The notes under the pieces: model-generated | The model's database searches: none | Told to the model about the DNA's origin: nothing | What the model saw: only the letters and a program-made list of their open reading frames with translations | Assembly (NCBI RefSeq): GCF_037042905.1 | Contig: NC_087250.1 | Coordinates: forward strand, 20,772,001-20,836,000 | Source of the DNA: Lytechinus pictus | Taxonomy: Eukaryota | Length of the DNA stretch: 64,000 nucleotides | Reading direction: 5' to 3' | Made by a program: the position numbers and the translations under genes | Shown: positions 1 through 10,050 of the stretch, one piece after another | Numbering within the stretch: position 1 is the stretch's first letter | How the letters are laid out: the number at the start of each line of letters is the position of its first letter

Positions 1-242
1 ACAGGAGAACTTAAAGAAATACTAGGTGTTTCAATGACGGAATAACAAAGTGCACAGGAAAGATTATTTGACTGAGTTTTTCAACTTAAAATTTAGACAT
101 ACCACTCCTACACACTGTTGTAAATCCGGTCCGAGCAGTGTGTGTGTGTGGGGGGGGGGTGAAAATAATTGAGATGGAAATTAAGTATATAACCGTCTAC
201 ATAATCCTTTTATCTTTCAGTTAAAGGACTCTTAGGATTTGC

Positions 243-637
243 TTTTGTCTCGCCTGCATAGCAAAGCGAGACTATAGGCGCCGCTTTTCCGACGACCACG
301 GCGTCCGCGGCGGCGTCGTCGTCAACATTGAAAACTTAACCAAGGTTAAGTTTTTGAAATGTCATAACTTTAAAAAGTATATGGACCTAGTTCATGAAAC
401 TTGGACATAAGGCTAATCAAATATTACTGACGCCCGAGTTTTAGGTCACATGACTAAGGTCAAAGGTCATTTAGGGTCAATTAATTTAGAACATGTTGGG
501 GGATCAATATAGAAATCTTAACCAAGGTTAATGTTTTGAAATGTCATCATAACTTTTTAAGTATATGGGCCTAGAGCACTGATGCTATATCGAATCACGT
601 AATGCAGGCGAGAGTGCCAGTGGCGTTCCACTTTTTT
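243..637 (+). mobile_element. Non-autonomous Helentron/HINE (DINE-1/pearl-like) element
   Basis: Sub-terminal inverted repeat TCTCGCCTGCAT (248-259) / ATGCAGGCGAGA (602-613). A short 5' internal IR (GCGAGAC), a GC/CGT-rich microsatellite-like stretch, about 1.3 copies of a ~180-bp internal repeat (CTTAACCAAGGTTAA at ~335 and ~517), a 3' GTGG..CCAC hairpin, and T-rich flanks. Confidence 0.7.
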
Positions 638-1101
638 TCAATGGCTATAATAATGAATTTATTGTGTTATAAACTACTGAACTACAGTTAACATCCAAAT
701 GAGAGCGAGTAAGCAGTTTTTCAGTAGTTGAAAACATGATGACCAGAATTGTCTTTCATGAGGTGTTGATATTGGATAATGTGGCGAATGAGGAATGAGC
801 CTATACTAGCGACCGAGCAAATTTTCAATAGGTGGAAGAATATTGCCCCCAAACCTCTTTTAAGTGGCGTGAATTATCTCATCACAGGCTATATGTACAG
901 GGATACTACCATCTTTCACTTGAAGGAATATCACAATGATGGTTATATTGCAATTGATCTGTTGTGATGCAAACTACTGGATTGCAGTTAGTATCCAAAT
1001 GCGAGCGAGCGAGCAAATTTTCCATAGTTGGAAGAAACAGAATGATTATCAAATCGTCTTTCAAGGGAGTGTAATTATGGGGGAAATTGCGGCTGTGAGC
1101 G

Positions 1102-1335
1102 TAGTCTAGTTCTAGACGATTTTAAACGAATCTATTTGCACCACGATATAATACGTTCTATTCCGTGCGTACGCCCAGCCGAGTGTGCGCGCAAAACCGA
1201 GAACCTGTACTCCGAGGAAAAACGGAGTACAGGTTCTCGGTTTTGCGCGCACACTCGGCTGGGCGTACGCACGGAATAGAACGTATTATATCGTGGTGCA
1301 AATAGATTCGTTTAAAATCGTCTAGAACTAGACTA
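1102..1335. mobile_element. Perfect palindromic MITE with 9-bp TSD (AcademH- or MULE-type)
   Basis: 113-bp arms (1102-1214 / 1223-1335) around an 8-nt loop; termini TAG...CTA; direct repeat CTGTGAGCG at 1093-1101 and 1336-1344. Confidence 0.85.
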
Positions 1336-1984
1336 CTGTGAGCGTAGTTAGCGAGCCTTAAAAGTTGCTTCAGTCGTTTAAAATAATATTCATCGAATAC
1401 AGAGGGTGATAAGGGTATATTAGCAATAACGCAACCTTTAGAAGGAAATGAACAAGAAATATACATAAACAAACAAATAGGGATTTTAATAATCGAGTTT
1501 TGTTCAATGAAAACTCATTTGCTCAGTGGTTAAAGATGAGATGAGAATGAAAAAAGAATAGGATCATGATTATCAGGAATAAGGGTACCATATGAACTTA
1601 TCAGAGGCCATCACACGCCACAATATTAACTTCAAAACTCGTGGAAGTATCACAACGATGAATACGAAATTGAAAGATTTCGTAATATATTTAAGATTAC
1701 GTTGGGAAATGAAGATGCAACATTCAAAATTTGAAGAAGAATACATTTATGTGATATTTATTACATTGTTGTGTTAATAACTGTGATTTAAAGTCCCCTA
1801 TAAATGGATAAAATGGAAAAGGTGAATGTTAAGGTTAATAGGGGTTACGTTTACTTCGTGATCCGACTTGAAATTTGTGTGATGAGCGTTGTTTGAAAAT
1901 ATTGTGTACGTGCGAACTTTTTTGGGGGAAATATCGGAGTATGGAAACTGCGTGCATTAGCGCCAAAATAACACCGTCTCGTGC

Positions 1985-2105
1985 CGGACTCGTCACCGAG
2001 CCATCGAGTCAGGGGCCCCGATTCCGACTCCGAGTCATGAACCTTCGAGTCCGAGACCGAGTTCGGCAAACCTAGACTCGAGTCCGAGACCGGTCTCGAG
2101 TATTT
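1985..2105. repeat. Fragment of a DNA-transposon end with reiterated GAGTCCGAGACC motifs (hAT-like subterminal repeats)
   Basis: Repeated CGAGTCCGAGACCG / GACTCG motifs ending in GAGACCGGTCTCGAGTA; no partner end found. Confidence 0.4.
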
Positions 2106-2107
2106 AC

Positions 2108-2212
2108 TGGGGGTGCAAGACGTTTACTTGCCCTCCTACCCACCCATCTATGGGTGTTGTGAGTGGTTGGTTATATGTAATGGTCGGAGGGAAATGACAT
2201 ATGCCTCCAATG
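2108..2212 (+). mobile_element. Relict of a tyrosine-recombinase retroelement terminal region
   Basis: Colinear similarity to 54355-54460 (GGGG.TGCAAGACGTT..TTGCCCTCC...GTTGTGAGTGGTTGGTTATA...GGTCGGAGGG...TGCCTCCAA), which spans the A2 end of the split-repeat element. Confidence 0.55.
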
Positions 2213-2342
2213 TTACAATTACAAAGGATACGACGATAGATATAGAAGCCAGAAATGACATAAGATTATTATTTTGATAAAATTTTTTTTTTTGATTTTT
2301 GCTAGTAAGCTAATACATACGGTATGAAGCCAGAATTAATAG

Positions 2343-2410
2343 GTTGGTCCTGAAAAGGAACAAACTCGACGTTTCGACAAGTGAGGTGTTGCCATCTTCA
2401 GGATAATGAA
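2343..2410 (-). ncRNA. Degenerate minimal hammerhead-ribozyme-like motif (Penelope-type terminal repeat)
   Basis: Minus strand reads CTGAAGA-T-GGCAA-cacctcac-TTGTC-GAAAC-GTC. Helix II is present but helix I is poor. Homologous to 24745-24810. Confidence 0.45.
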
Positions 2411-2642
2411 CAGAGTTTGTAAAAGCAGGCCTTCTGTCAAGATGCCGTATGCACGGTGCCTTGCAGGGTACATGTCTCTGATTGGCTGGATATGTCACAT
2501 GACATCTAGATATGCGAACATGAGTGACAGCGCACATACTGGGTAGTGGGAACGCGAAACAGCGAAAACAGGAAATGCCGCCAAGTATCATTCCCGCCAA
2601 AATTGCACGAATGACATAAGCCACTAAATGTGCCCGTATCAA

Positions 2643-3091
2643 GGGGGGGGGGGCACTCACATATATTGGTGGTACGGGGACGTGCCGCTTTGATGATCCC
2701 CCTTTTCAGACCTAATTTTTAGTTCTCTAGATACTCCCAATGACAAAAGTTCTGTTCAGAAGCCGAACAGCCCCGCTCGCAAGACCCCCGTTGCGAGACA
2801 TCTCAGTCCCCAAGCCCTCACTGACAAAATTGTGATGCGCGAGCACCGCAAGCACCTACGACTTCGTAACTCCCTACATAAATTATAACTAGTCGCCGCT
2901 CCATGCATGGCTAGCGCATGCACAACGCTATACCTACAGTGCCCCGATCCCGTTCCGTAGACCCTGTTTTTCACACACATTTAGTTCCCGAGACCCCGTA
3001 CGTTACCCTTGAAGTCAGTTCCTTAGACCCTAATTTCAGGGTTTCGTGAGGCACACCCCCATCAAAAAATAATTTGAGTGCCCCCCCCCCC
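2643..3091. mobile_element. MITE with poly-G/poly-C termini (GnCACTCA...TGAGTGCn)
   Basis: Terminal inverted repeats; same end design as 44249-44778; CCCGTAT near both flanks. Confidence 0.6.
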
Positions 3092-3649
3092 GTCCCGTAT
3101 TACTGTAAAGCTCACACGTGTGAAACGTCACAGCAGAGTCCATACAATTATAGCGTAGGATATTGTGTGGGGGCTGATCGGTCTTAATTAGCCTCTTTGT
3201 CTAGAACGGTAAACCAGATATTGGTAAGTTGGAACCTGCTGCTGTCTTGAGGGACGGTATTATGTTTCTCAATATCCAACGCTTCTCAGACTCTCCACTG
3301 ATGCCAGTTGGGGATACGAGTGACCAGTCTACTCTCATCCCAGAGGATCCGGTGAACATGCGTGATCGATGATTGCAGACTTGTCCCTCCCGTCTCTCCT
3401 ACCATGAGCCTTTTGTTCCTTCATCCGAGTGTCTCACGTTGAAACAATACCGCATTCAATTTGGTAAACTCCAGTGATGTCCTTAATTGAGTTGCGCTTG
3501 TCGTTGTGGGTAGTGAGGCCAGATTGAAGTTTGATTATGAGGAGCTATGACGAACCCCAATGTCGACTTCTCTCAAAGTCTTCTGAATCTATTGAGATGC
3601 TGCTCCCAGATAAAGAAGAACGACTCTCGCCTTGGGCTGAGCTACAAGA

Positions 3650-4000
3650 GGGTCCCGTGAAGGGAGAAGCTCAGTACAGATCTTATGTGAGGGGTAGTTG
3701 TTACATTTCTAAACATATTTGATATGTCCAAGCTCCCCTCTCAAGTGAATAGTCACTAACCTCATGGGCTCGTTTGACCAACGTCTTGTTGATTAAATCT
3801 TAGCACTGATGGGTGTTGAAATGAATGGACAGTTCAAGTACCAATCAGCGGGATAGGGATCCCTGTGCCGTCCTCGTAATCTTAGTACAAGAAAGGGAAT
3901 AGCCCCTCCATTTCCATGTTGTAAAGTAAAAGGGAAGTGTGTACATGATAGTGTGACATCGCAGATCTATTGGTCGAATTGTAATGACAGGAGATCTAGA
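3650..4000 (-). pseudogene. Highly degenerate DIRS-type tyrosine recombinase remnant
   Basis: Minus-strand translations GSLSR*LV (3839-3862) and RAHEVSD (3752-3772) resemble the DIRS YR motifs SRW and AHEVR, in the expected order and spacing. Confidence 0.4.
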
Positions 4001-4195
4001 TTAGCGTTAGTGATCTCACTATTCAAACGTTAATGACTTTCTTATCATTCATACACACTTCCATGAGCTTCATCAATCTGGTTCTTTGATTGTTGTATTA
4101 TATATAAACTCAAATGATGTAAAGTGCTTCATTCTGTTTAAAAGAGGGAAGCGGCTAGCCACACTGTGCTGTACGCCGGCTTACGCTAACTTACA

Positions 4196-4793
4196 TTAAA
4201 AGACAAAAGTCCACCCCAACCATGCCAACAGAAAGATGATTTGAATAAAAAAAAATCCAACAAGCATGACATTGAAAATTTCATCAAAATCGGATGTAAA
4301 ATAAGAAAGTTATGGCATTTTGAAGTTTTGCTTCGTTTCACTAATCCTGGTCTGCATGCAAATGAGGGGACCGATGACATCACCCACTCACTTTTTCTTT
4401 TGTATTTTATTACATGAAATATGAAATGTTCTAATTTCATCTGCATATTGTCATATGTGAAACAAACTTTTATTCATCCCTGTACATGCGGTATTGCCAT
4501 TGCTTTAACAATTTATCGCTCAGAAAAGTTGGCCCTCAATGTAAAATCTGTCAAAATTGAAATATTGTATAATTCAAACAATAAAAAACAAAATAAATAG
4601 TGAGTGAGGGACATCATTGACTCTCTCATGTGCATGTCACTGAGTTGTGCATATAAAGAAAAAATAAGTGAAACTTAAAAATGTCATAAATCTCTTCTTT
4701 TACATTCGACTTTGATGAAATCTTTAGCATTATGCTTGTTTGGTTTTCTGTTGATTCAAATCAACATATTTCTTGGGTAGACTTGACCTTTAA
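4196..4793 (+). mobile_element. Non-autonomous Kolobok-like DNA transposon, family K1 (TTAA TSD)
   Basis: TTAA at both ends, long imperfect TIRs (..AAGTCCACCCCA / TGGGTAGACTTGACCT); homologous to 15695, 19064 and 20307 copies. Confidence 0.7.
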
Positions 4794-4995
4794 TAACGCC
4801 AGGCGAAATTTAATTAGGATAATGAAAATGAGGTATAGCACCGAACGAAAGCGGATAAGCAATGATCCATCATTACTTGTTATTAAATAGCTGTAGTATA
4901 TACAATCGGATTATATGTACGATGTAATATACAATATTGATACGGCCATTACATGCGACCGATTCGTGGTACTCTGTTCATCCTTTATCACCAAG

Positions 4996-5050
4996 ATGTT
5001 GCTCCCATGTACCGTACTGGCTTTAGGCATACTAGCCACGAATTTCGAAG
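4996..5050 (+). CDS. Exon 1 (signal peptide) of SUEL-lectin/CUB/mucin/PAN secreted-protein gene, probable pseudogene
   Basis: CAAG-ATG start; MLLPCTVLALGILATNFE is a hydrophobic signal-like peptide; canonical phase-1 donor G|GTAAGT at 5051. Confidence 0.7.
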
Positions 5051-5460
5051 GTAAGTTAAGCCCGTTTTAAAACACAGTGCCCTGGCAGAGGGAGGGTAGA
5101 AAAAAAAGGGGGGTGGAATTCCTCGATGAGGCAATCAAACCACGGGTGGGTCGTGTCCTCCTTTCCACCCCTCCCCCCTTTACCCTTTATCCTCAATTTC
5201 TGTACTTTAACCCTTCTTTCCAATTTACCCATCCTCCAAATCTATCATTTTCTGCCCCTTTTTGTTTTTCCAATATGCCTTTCCTCCCCTTTCTAATTTT
5301 CTGTCCTCTTTAATTTTATATTTTAAATGTTTCCCTCCTCCTTTCTCATTCCTGCCCCTCTTAGCTTATATTATTTTTCCAATGTGCCCCTCCCACCCCC
5401 TTACTCATCTTCTGCCCCTCTTTAATTCCATCTTTTTCATTGTGTCCCTCCCCCTCCCCA

Positions 5461-5680
5461 GGAGGCGCGATAGCTCAGTCGGTAGAGCGGGGGATTCGTA
5501 TTCCGGTGACCCGGGTTCGATTCCCACTTGGTGCGCTAGTGCCCTTTGGTAAGGCATTAATCCTCATTACCAGGTCCTTCGGAGAGGACCTTAAGCCGTC
5601 GGTCCTCTGGTTGCTTGCTTACAAGCATTCATGCTTTCTTAGCAATCAGGTAAAAAAAATCCCCACCAATCAATCTATAT
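5461..5680 (+). mobile_element. tRNA-derived SINE
   Basis: A box TAGCTCAGTCGG and B box GGTTCGATTCC. The tRNA-like head runs into a SINE body (GTGCCCTTTGGTAAGGCA...CTTCGGAGAGGACCTTAAGCCGTCGGTCC) and an A-rich/CAAT tail. Confidence 0.8.
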
Positions 5681-5903
5681 CCGTTCCTGCCCTTCTTTAC
5701 TTTTAAGTTCCTCATATGCTTCCCTATCAATAATAATAATAAAAAAAATATGTGTGAAGGGTTTGCACAGCAGACTGCCATGATATATGGACAACTAACC
5801 TTGATCCTAAGGACTTTTTCCATGAATGAAATTGTTTGCTGTATCTAAACTTATTTAACCTGAAATGAAAGCGAAAACGGTCCTGTACGATTTTTTTAAA
5901 TAG

Positions 5904-6073
5904 CTATGAATACGTTGATCGTCAGCCAATGTCAAGAGGGAATACCTCCTCAAAATGCAAGTCTGGATTGTTCACCGAACTATAGGATTGTTGTCAAGCA
6001 AGCCATTTATTCGCTGGTGACATCTTGTGAAACCTTCAACATTTCTTCAGACTCAGACTGTCACTCGAATATG
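5904..6073 (+). CDS. Exon 2: N-terminal part of a SUEL/galactose-rhamnose-binding lectin-like domain
   Basis: Acceptor TTTTTTTAAATAG| is phase 1, matching exon 1. Reads AMNTLIVSQCQEG..ASLDCSPNYRIVVKQAIYS..SC..DC, matching the SUEL pattern C-E..L.C....I.I..A.YG. Phase-0 donor GTGAGA at 6074. Confidence 0.65.
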
Positions 6074-6731
6074 GTGAGAAATGAATTTGCTTTAAAGCTC
6101 AACTGCCTTGTCCCTAGCTCTTCTCCTATTTCCTTCAAACTTTGACCATCATGATGCGTGTCTTAAGTTATCGTATTTCACTCATATCCAGTGAGGCGGC
6201 ACCGGGTTTTCTTAAATGGAGGGGGGGGGGGGTAAGTGGGAAGCAAAATAATTGGGCAGGGATGACAATAATTTTTTTACTATACATGGAAACATTTTTT
6301 TAAATATAATTTTCGAGGGAGGGAGGTAACTGAGGGACAACGCATTTGACTACGGGGGATTCCCCCTACATATCACATCATGAATTACAATTTTAATTAT
6401 TTTCCAATAAAAATTTACTCTTTATTAGTACTAATATAATTATTACTGTTAATTGAAAGAGGTATTATGAATTATTATTGTTAATGTAAACTTTAGATAA
6501 TTATTGTAAATTTGAATTGGTATTAATCATTACTCAAATCTTGCCAGGTTCAAAGTCGAAATTAAACATTGTGCGTGTATTCTTGCAATGCAAATCCATT
6601 TTAATTTTAACACACCAATTTACACCCCAGTACTTTCATACCATATAAAAAAAAGTGGCAAAAAGAAGCTGCTGAAAACTGCTTATCTAATAAAAGAGAG
6701 CCAATGGAGTAAATTAGAAAGTCAAAAAGGG

Positions 6732-6770
6732 GCCTAAGCTTTCGATCCTAGCAGAATCTTCGTCGGAGGC
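6732..6770 (-). ncRNA. Minimal type I hammerhead ribozyme variant in a Penelope-like terminal fragment (~6650-6990)
   Basis: Minus strand: GCCU-CCGACGA-A-GAUUC-UGCUA-GGAUC-GAAA-GCUU-AGGC. It has a 4-bp helix I, a 5-bp helix II and a palindromic AAGCUU in place of helix III; the core carries a U4C variant. Confidence 0.6.
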
Positions 6771-7017
6771 AAAATGACAAACATATAAAGTGGAACAACC
6801 ATATTATAGACCACAAACAAGCTACAGCAACACTAGAAACAAGGAGACAAAAGGGGCATTAGTGAGTAGAGAAGACCAATCAGGTTAGTGAAGGGGATGA
6901 AAGAAAAGGAGTAGGCAGACACAAAGGGAAGTTAGTGTAAGTAAGGCCAGTAAAAAAAAAAGTCTAAGTTGCAAAACAGGTACTGTTCCTCTCAGTCGCA
7001 AAATATATATTTTCTTT

Positions 7018-7797
7018 ACACAAATAAATTATAAACCAATATGTTCTGTATTATCAATACACACTTAAAATGTTGGGCAACATACTGTCCACTGTGCTGC
7101 GTAATGTGTGTTGGTAAAAAAAATATATAATGTATATTCTTGGCAGTTATTATCCAATTGAGCAAACCTATTACCCGATTATTAGTTTTTATTACCCAAT
7201 TTGGACAGATTTTAAACACTATTTGTGTGGAAAGAATGTTTATCCAGTGATGGTTGAAAAATTTGCCTTTTTGCCCAACTTTTTGAACAGTGTACACTCT
7301 AAAAAATATTGGGGAAAAATGCTCTGTGAGGTTAATTATGTGTCCAACCAACATTGGGCATTTTTGGGGGCATTTTTATTTATCCAGACATGTGATGTAA
7401 ATTTTGCCCATTCTAGATTAATTGCTGCTTATTTTTTAAGGACAATATGCTTCCTGCATTGGGTAAAATACTGCCCCGAATTGGTTGGGCACATAATTAC
7501 CCTTGTGCTGTTTAACACTTTACCCAATATTTTTTTTTACAGTGTATACGCCTACGTGAAGTTATTGCAAAATTATTTTAAGAGCAGTTACACAGTAAAA
7601 AACGCTATATACCTAAGGTAGTTGTTCATCAGTTTAAACCACTGTGCCTAATTTATTGAGAATTTAATATTGAAAATTAAACTTTGTTGTTTAAGACTTA
7701 AAAAAATATTTGTTTAAATCGTTTAAACAACTACTGTAAAGTGCATTCTTGTAGCAATTAGCGTTGTATAGAAATATTAAACTGCGTTTTTACTGTG
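7018..7797. mobile_element. Cluster of three small CACTA/EnSpm-like MITEs (~7018-7292, 7295-7544, 7591-7797)
   Basis: CAC...GTG termini with A/T-run TIRs (e.g. CACAGTAAAAA / TTTTTACTGTG) and 2-bp TA flanks. Confidence 0.6.
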
Positions 7798-7818
7798 TAT
7801 TAACTCTGAGTCCGATGA

Positions 7819-8025
7819 CACGACATTTGATCCTGCGACATTGGCTCCGGTCTTAATATCTCAGAGGGCATAGGGTTAGAATTAGGATTGTAATAGAGTT
7901 TTTGATTTAGAATAATATAAAATAATGATTACAAGGTTTACTTAATAGTTAGGTAGTTAGATTTTATGTTTGGCCTAACGTGCATATTTTTCATCGGAGC
8001 AATTGTCGCCGGAGCAAATGTCATG
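7819..8025. mobile_element. Short TIR element with internal GGTTAG-like repeats
   Basis: CACGACATTTGATCCTGCGACA versus the reverse complement of TGTCGCCGGAGCAAATGTCATG. Confidence 0.5.
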
Positions 8026-8129
8026 AAACCCACAGTCCAAGAGAGTCCACACATAGTAGACGGTAGGCTTCCCATTTCAATACTTTGCCGTTGGTCCGAT
8101 TTAATTTTCACTGTATATTTGCATTTCAG

Positions 8130-8580
8130 ACAGAGGTTTTCGCTGCAATTTGCAATCCCCTAAACACATGCATCATCTTGTGTATAGAAGCAGGCGAATC
8201 GCTGAATGAAATACACCACAAAACATAGCAGCAACTCTTCGTAACGTCGTCAGGCCTACATGAATTACACTTTGCCACCCTTGTCTATGCAATTCGGCAA
8301 TTTGAAAAAAAAAACTGCTACATTTTTTTTTTGAAGAAAAATAAATGTTTACTTGCATTTAATGTTCTTTGAAAATATTGTATTGTTATAAATTTGTGAT
8401 TCCAACCATTTCCTGAAATGGGGTGATTTACCATGGTCCAGTAGGGGTTGTGGTGGGAAACCCTTTCTGGTGTCCGATATTAAAGCTTATATACTTTTTT
8501 ACGGAAAATGATGAAATTATAACGTAACCGGCAATAATTTTGAGGGAATTAGGTTAACATATTTTGCAACTGAAAGAACA
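8130..8580 (+). pseudogene. Exon 3, 5' part: end of SUEL-like domain and a degenerate CUB-like domain with stops
   Basis: Acceptor TTGCATTTCAG| is phase 0 and gives TEVFAAICNPLNTC. A later frame reads INVYLHLMFFENIVLL*ICDSNHFLKWGD..RGCGGKPFLVSDIKAYILFYGK**NYNVTGNNFEGIRLTYFA, a CUB-like pattern with stops at 8389 and 8509/8512. Confidence 0.5.
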
Positions 8581-9745
8581 CAATTTTCTTCCCAACAGGG
8601 CAACACAAAAGGTTCAGCATCCCCCGGTACAACCACACAAGGTACAACCACAAAAGGTTCAACTACACAAGGTACAACCACACAATTTCCAACAAGCGAA
8701 GGTACGGCCACACAAGATCTAACCACCGAAGGTCCAACAACCAAAAGTCTAACCACACAAGTTACACCCACCCAAGGTACAACCACACCAACTGCCACCA
8801 AATTTACAACCGCACATGGTACAACCATGCAAGGGCCAACAACTTTAGGTACAGCCACACAAGGTCCAAACAACAAAGTTACAACCACACAGGGAACAAC
8901 CAAACAATTTCTAACAACCGAAGGTACGGCCACACAAGGTCCAACCACCAAAGGTCCAACAGCCGAAGGTTCAACCACAAAATTTCCAACAACCCAAGGT
9001 ACTACCACACCAACTGCCACTAAAGTTACAACCGCACATGGTACAACCATGCAACGGCCAACAACTTCAGGTACAGCCACACAAGGTCCAACCACCCAAG
9101 TTACAACCACACAACGTACAACCACACAAGGTCCAACAACCACAAAATATCCAAAAGCCCAAGGTTCATTCACTCAAGGGCCGGCAACACAAGGTCATAC
9201 CACAAAAGTTACCACCACCCATGTAACAATCACCAAAGGTGCAGCCACCGACGGTCTAACCATACACGGTAAAAAAAAACCCCTCAATGTCCAACAACCA
9301 AAATAACGACCACACAAGGTCGAACAACCCAAGTTCCAACCACTTAAGGCTCAATCACATAAGGTACAACCACACAATTTCCAACAATCGAAGGTACACC
9401 CACACAAGATCAAACAACACAAGGTACACCAACCAAAGTTCCAATCACCCAAGGTACAACCACACTAGCCCAACCACCCAAGGTCTAACAACCAAGGGTA
9501 CGACCACACATGGTACAAACACACACTGTACAACTTTACACAAGGTCCAACAACCCAAAGTGCAACAACCCAAGGTCCAACCACCCAAGGTGCATCCACA
9601 CAAGGTATAACTACACAACGTCATACAGCACAAGAACCAACCAACAAATTTTCAACAACCACAGAAACAACTACACAAGGGTCAACCATGCAAGTTTTAA
9701 CACCAAAAGCTCCCACCAACCAAGGTACAGCTCCCAATCAGGGTG
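8581..9745 (+). pseudogene. Thr-rich mucin-like stalk (QG[T/P]TT, ~15-bp unit repeats)
   Basis: Frame is open from 8515 to 9306 (TTTQGTTTKGSTTQG...). The same CAAGGTACAACCACA repeat continues to ~9745 but with frameshifts, the first near the A-run at ~9271. Confidence 0.7.
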
Positions 9746-10050
9746 CCTGGCAGGGGCCGCGGAATGGGTTTGAAATTGTACATGGGGGGGGGGGGTGATA
9801 TGGCTCTGGGCCAAAGGCGAGGTGTATGGACATGCAAAACCAAATCAGATGATCATTATTACCATTTACTTTTTGAACACCGTTAAAAAACAAAAGAACC
9901 ATCGGTTCCACTCCCTCTGCCTTAAGCCACTTTCACAATTGGTGGTGCGAAAGCTTACAACCGTTGCGATTCTGTGCAACATAATTATATTGTGACCAAA
10001 TGATCGCAAACGAACTTACGAGCAATTGTGAAAGCCCCTTTAGTCTGTCA

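Noticed and set aside
5461..5535. tRNA-Thr(CGT)-like gene (also tRNA-like heads at 13985 and 47323)
   Set aside because: Acceptor stem is poor and each head continues into a SINE body and tail.
8517..9173. 218-aa Val/Cys/Pro-rich minus-strand ORF
   Set aside because: Antisense shadow of the Thr-rich mucin repeat; no independent start or splice support.
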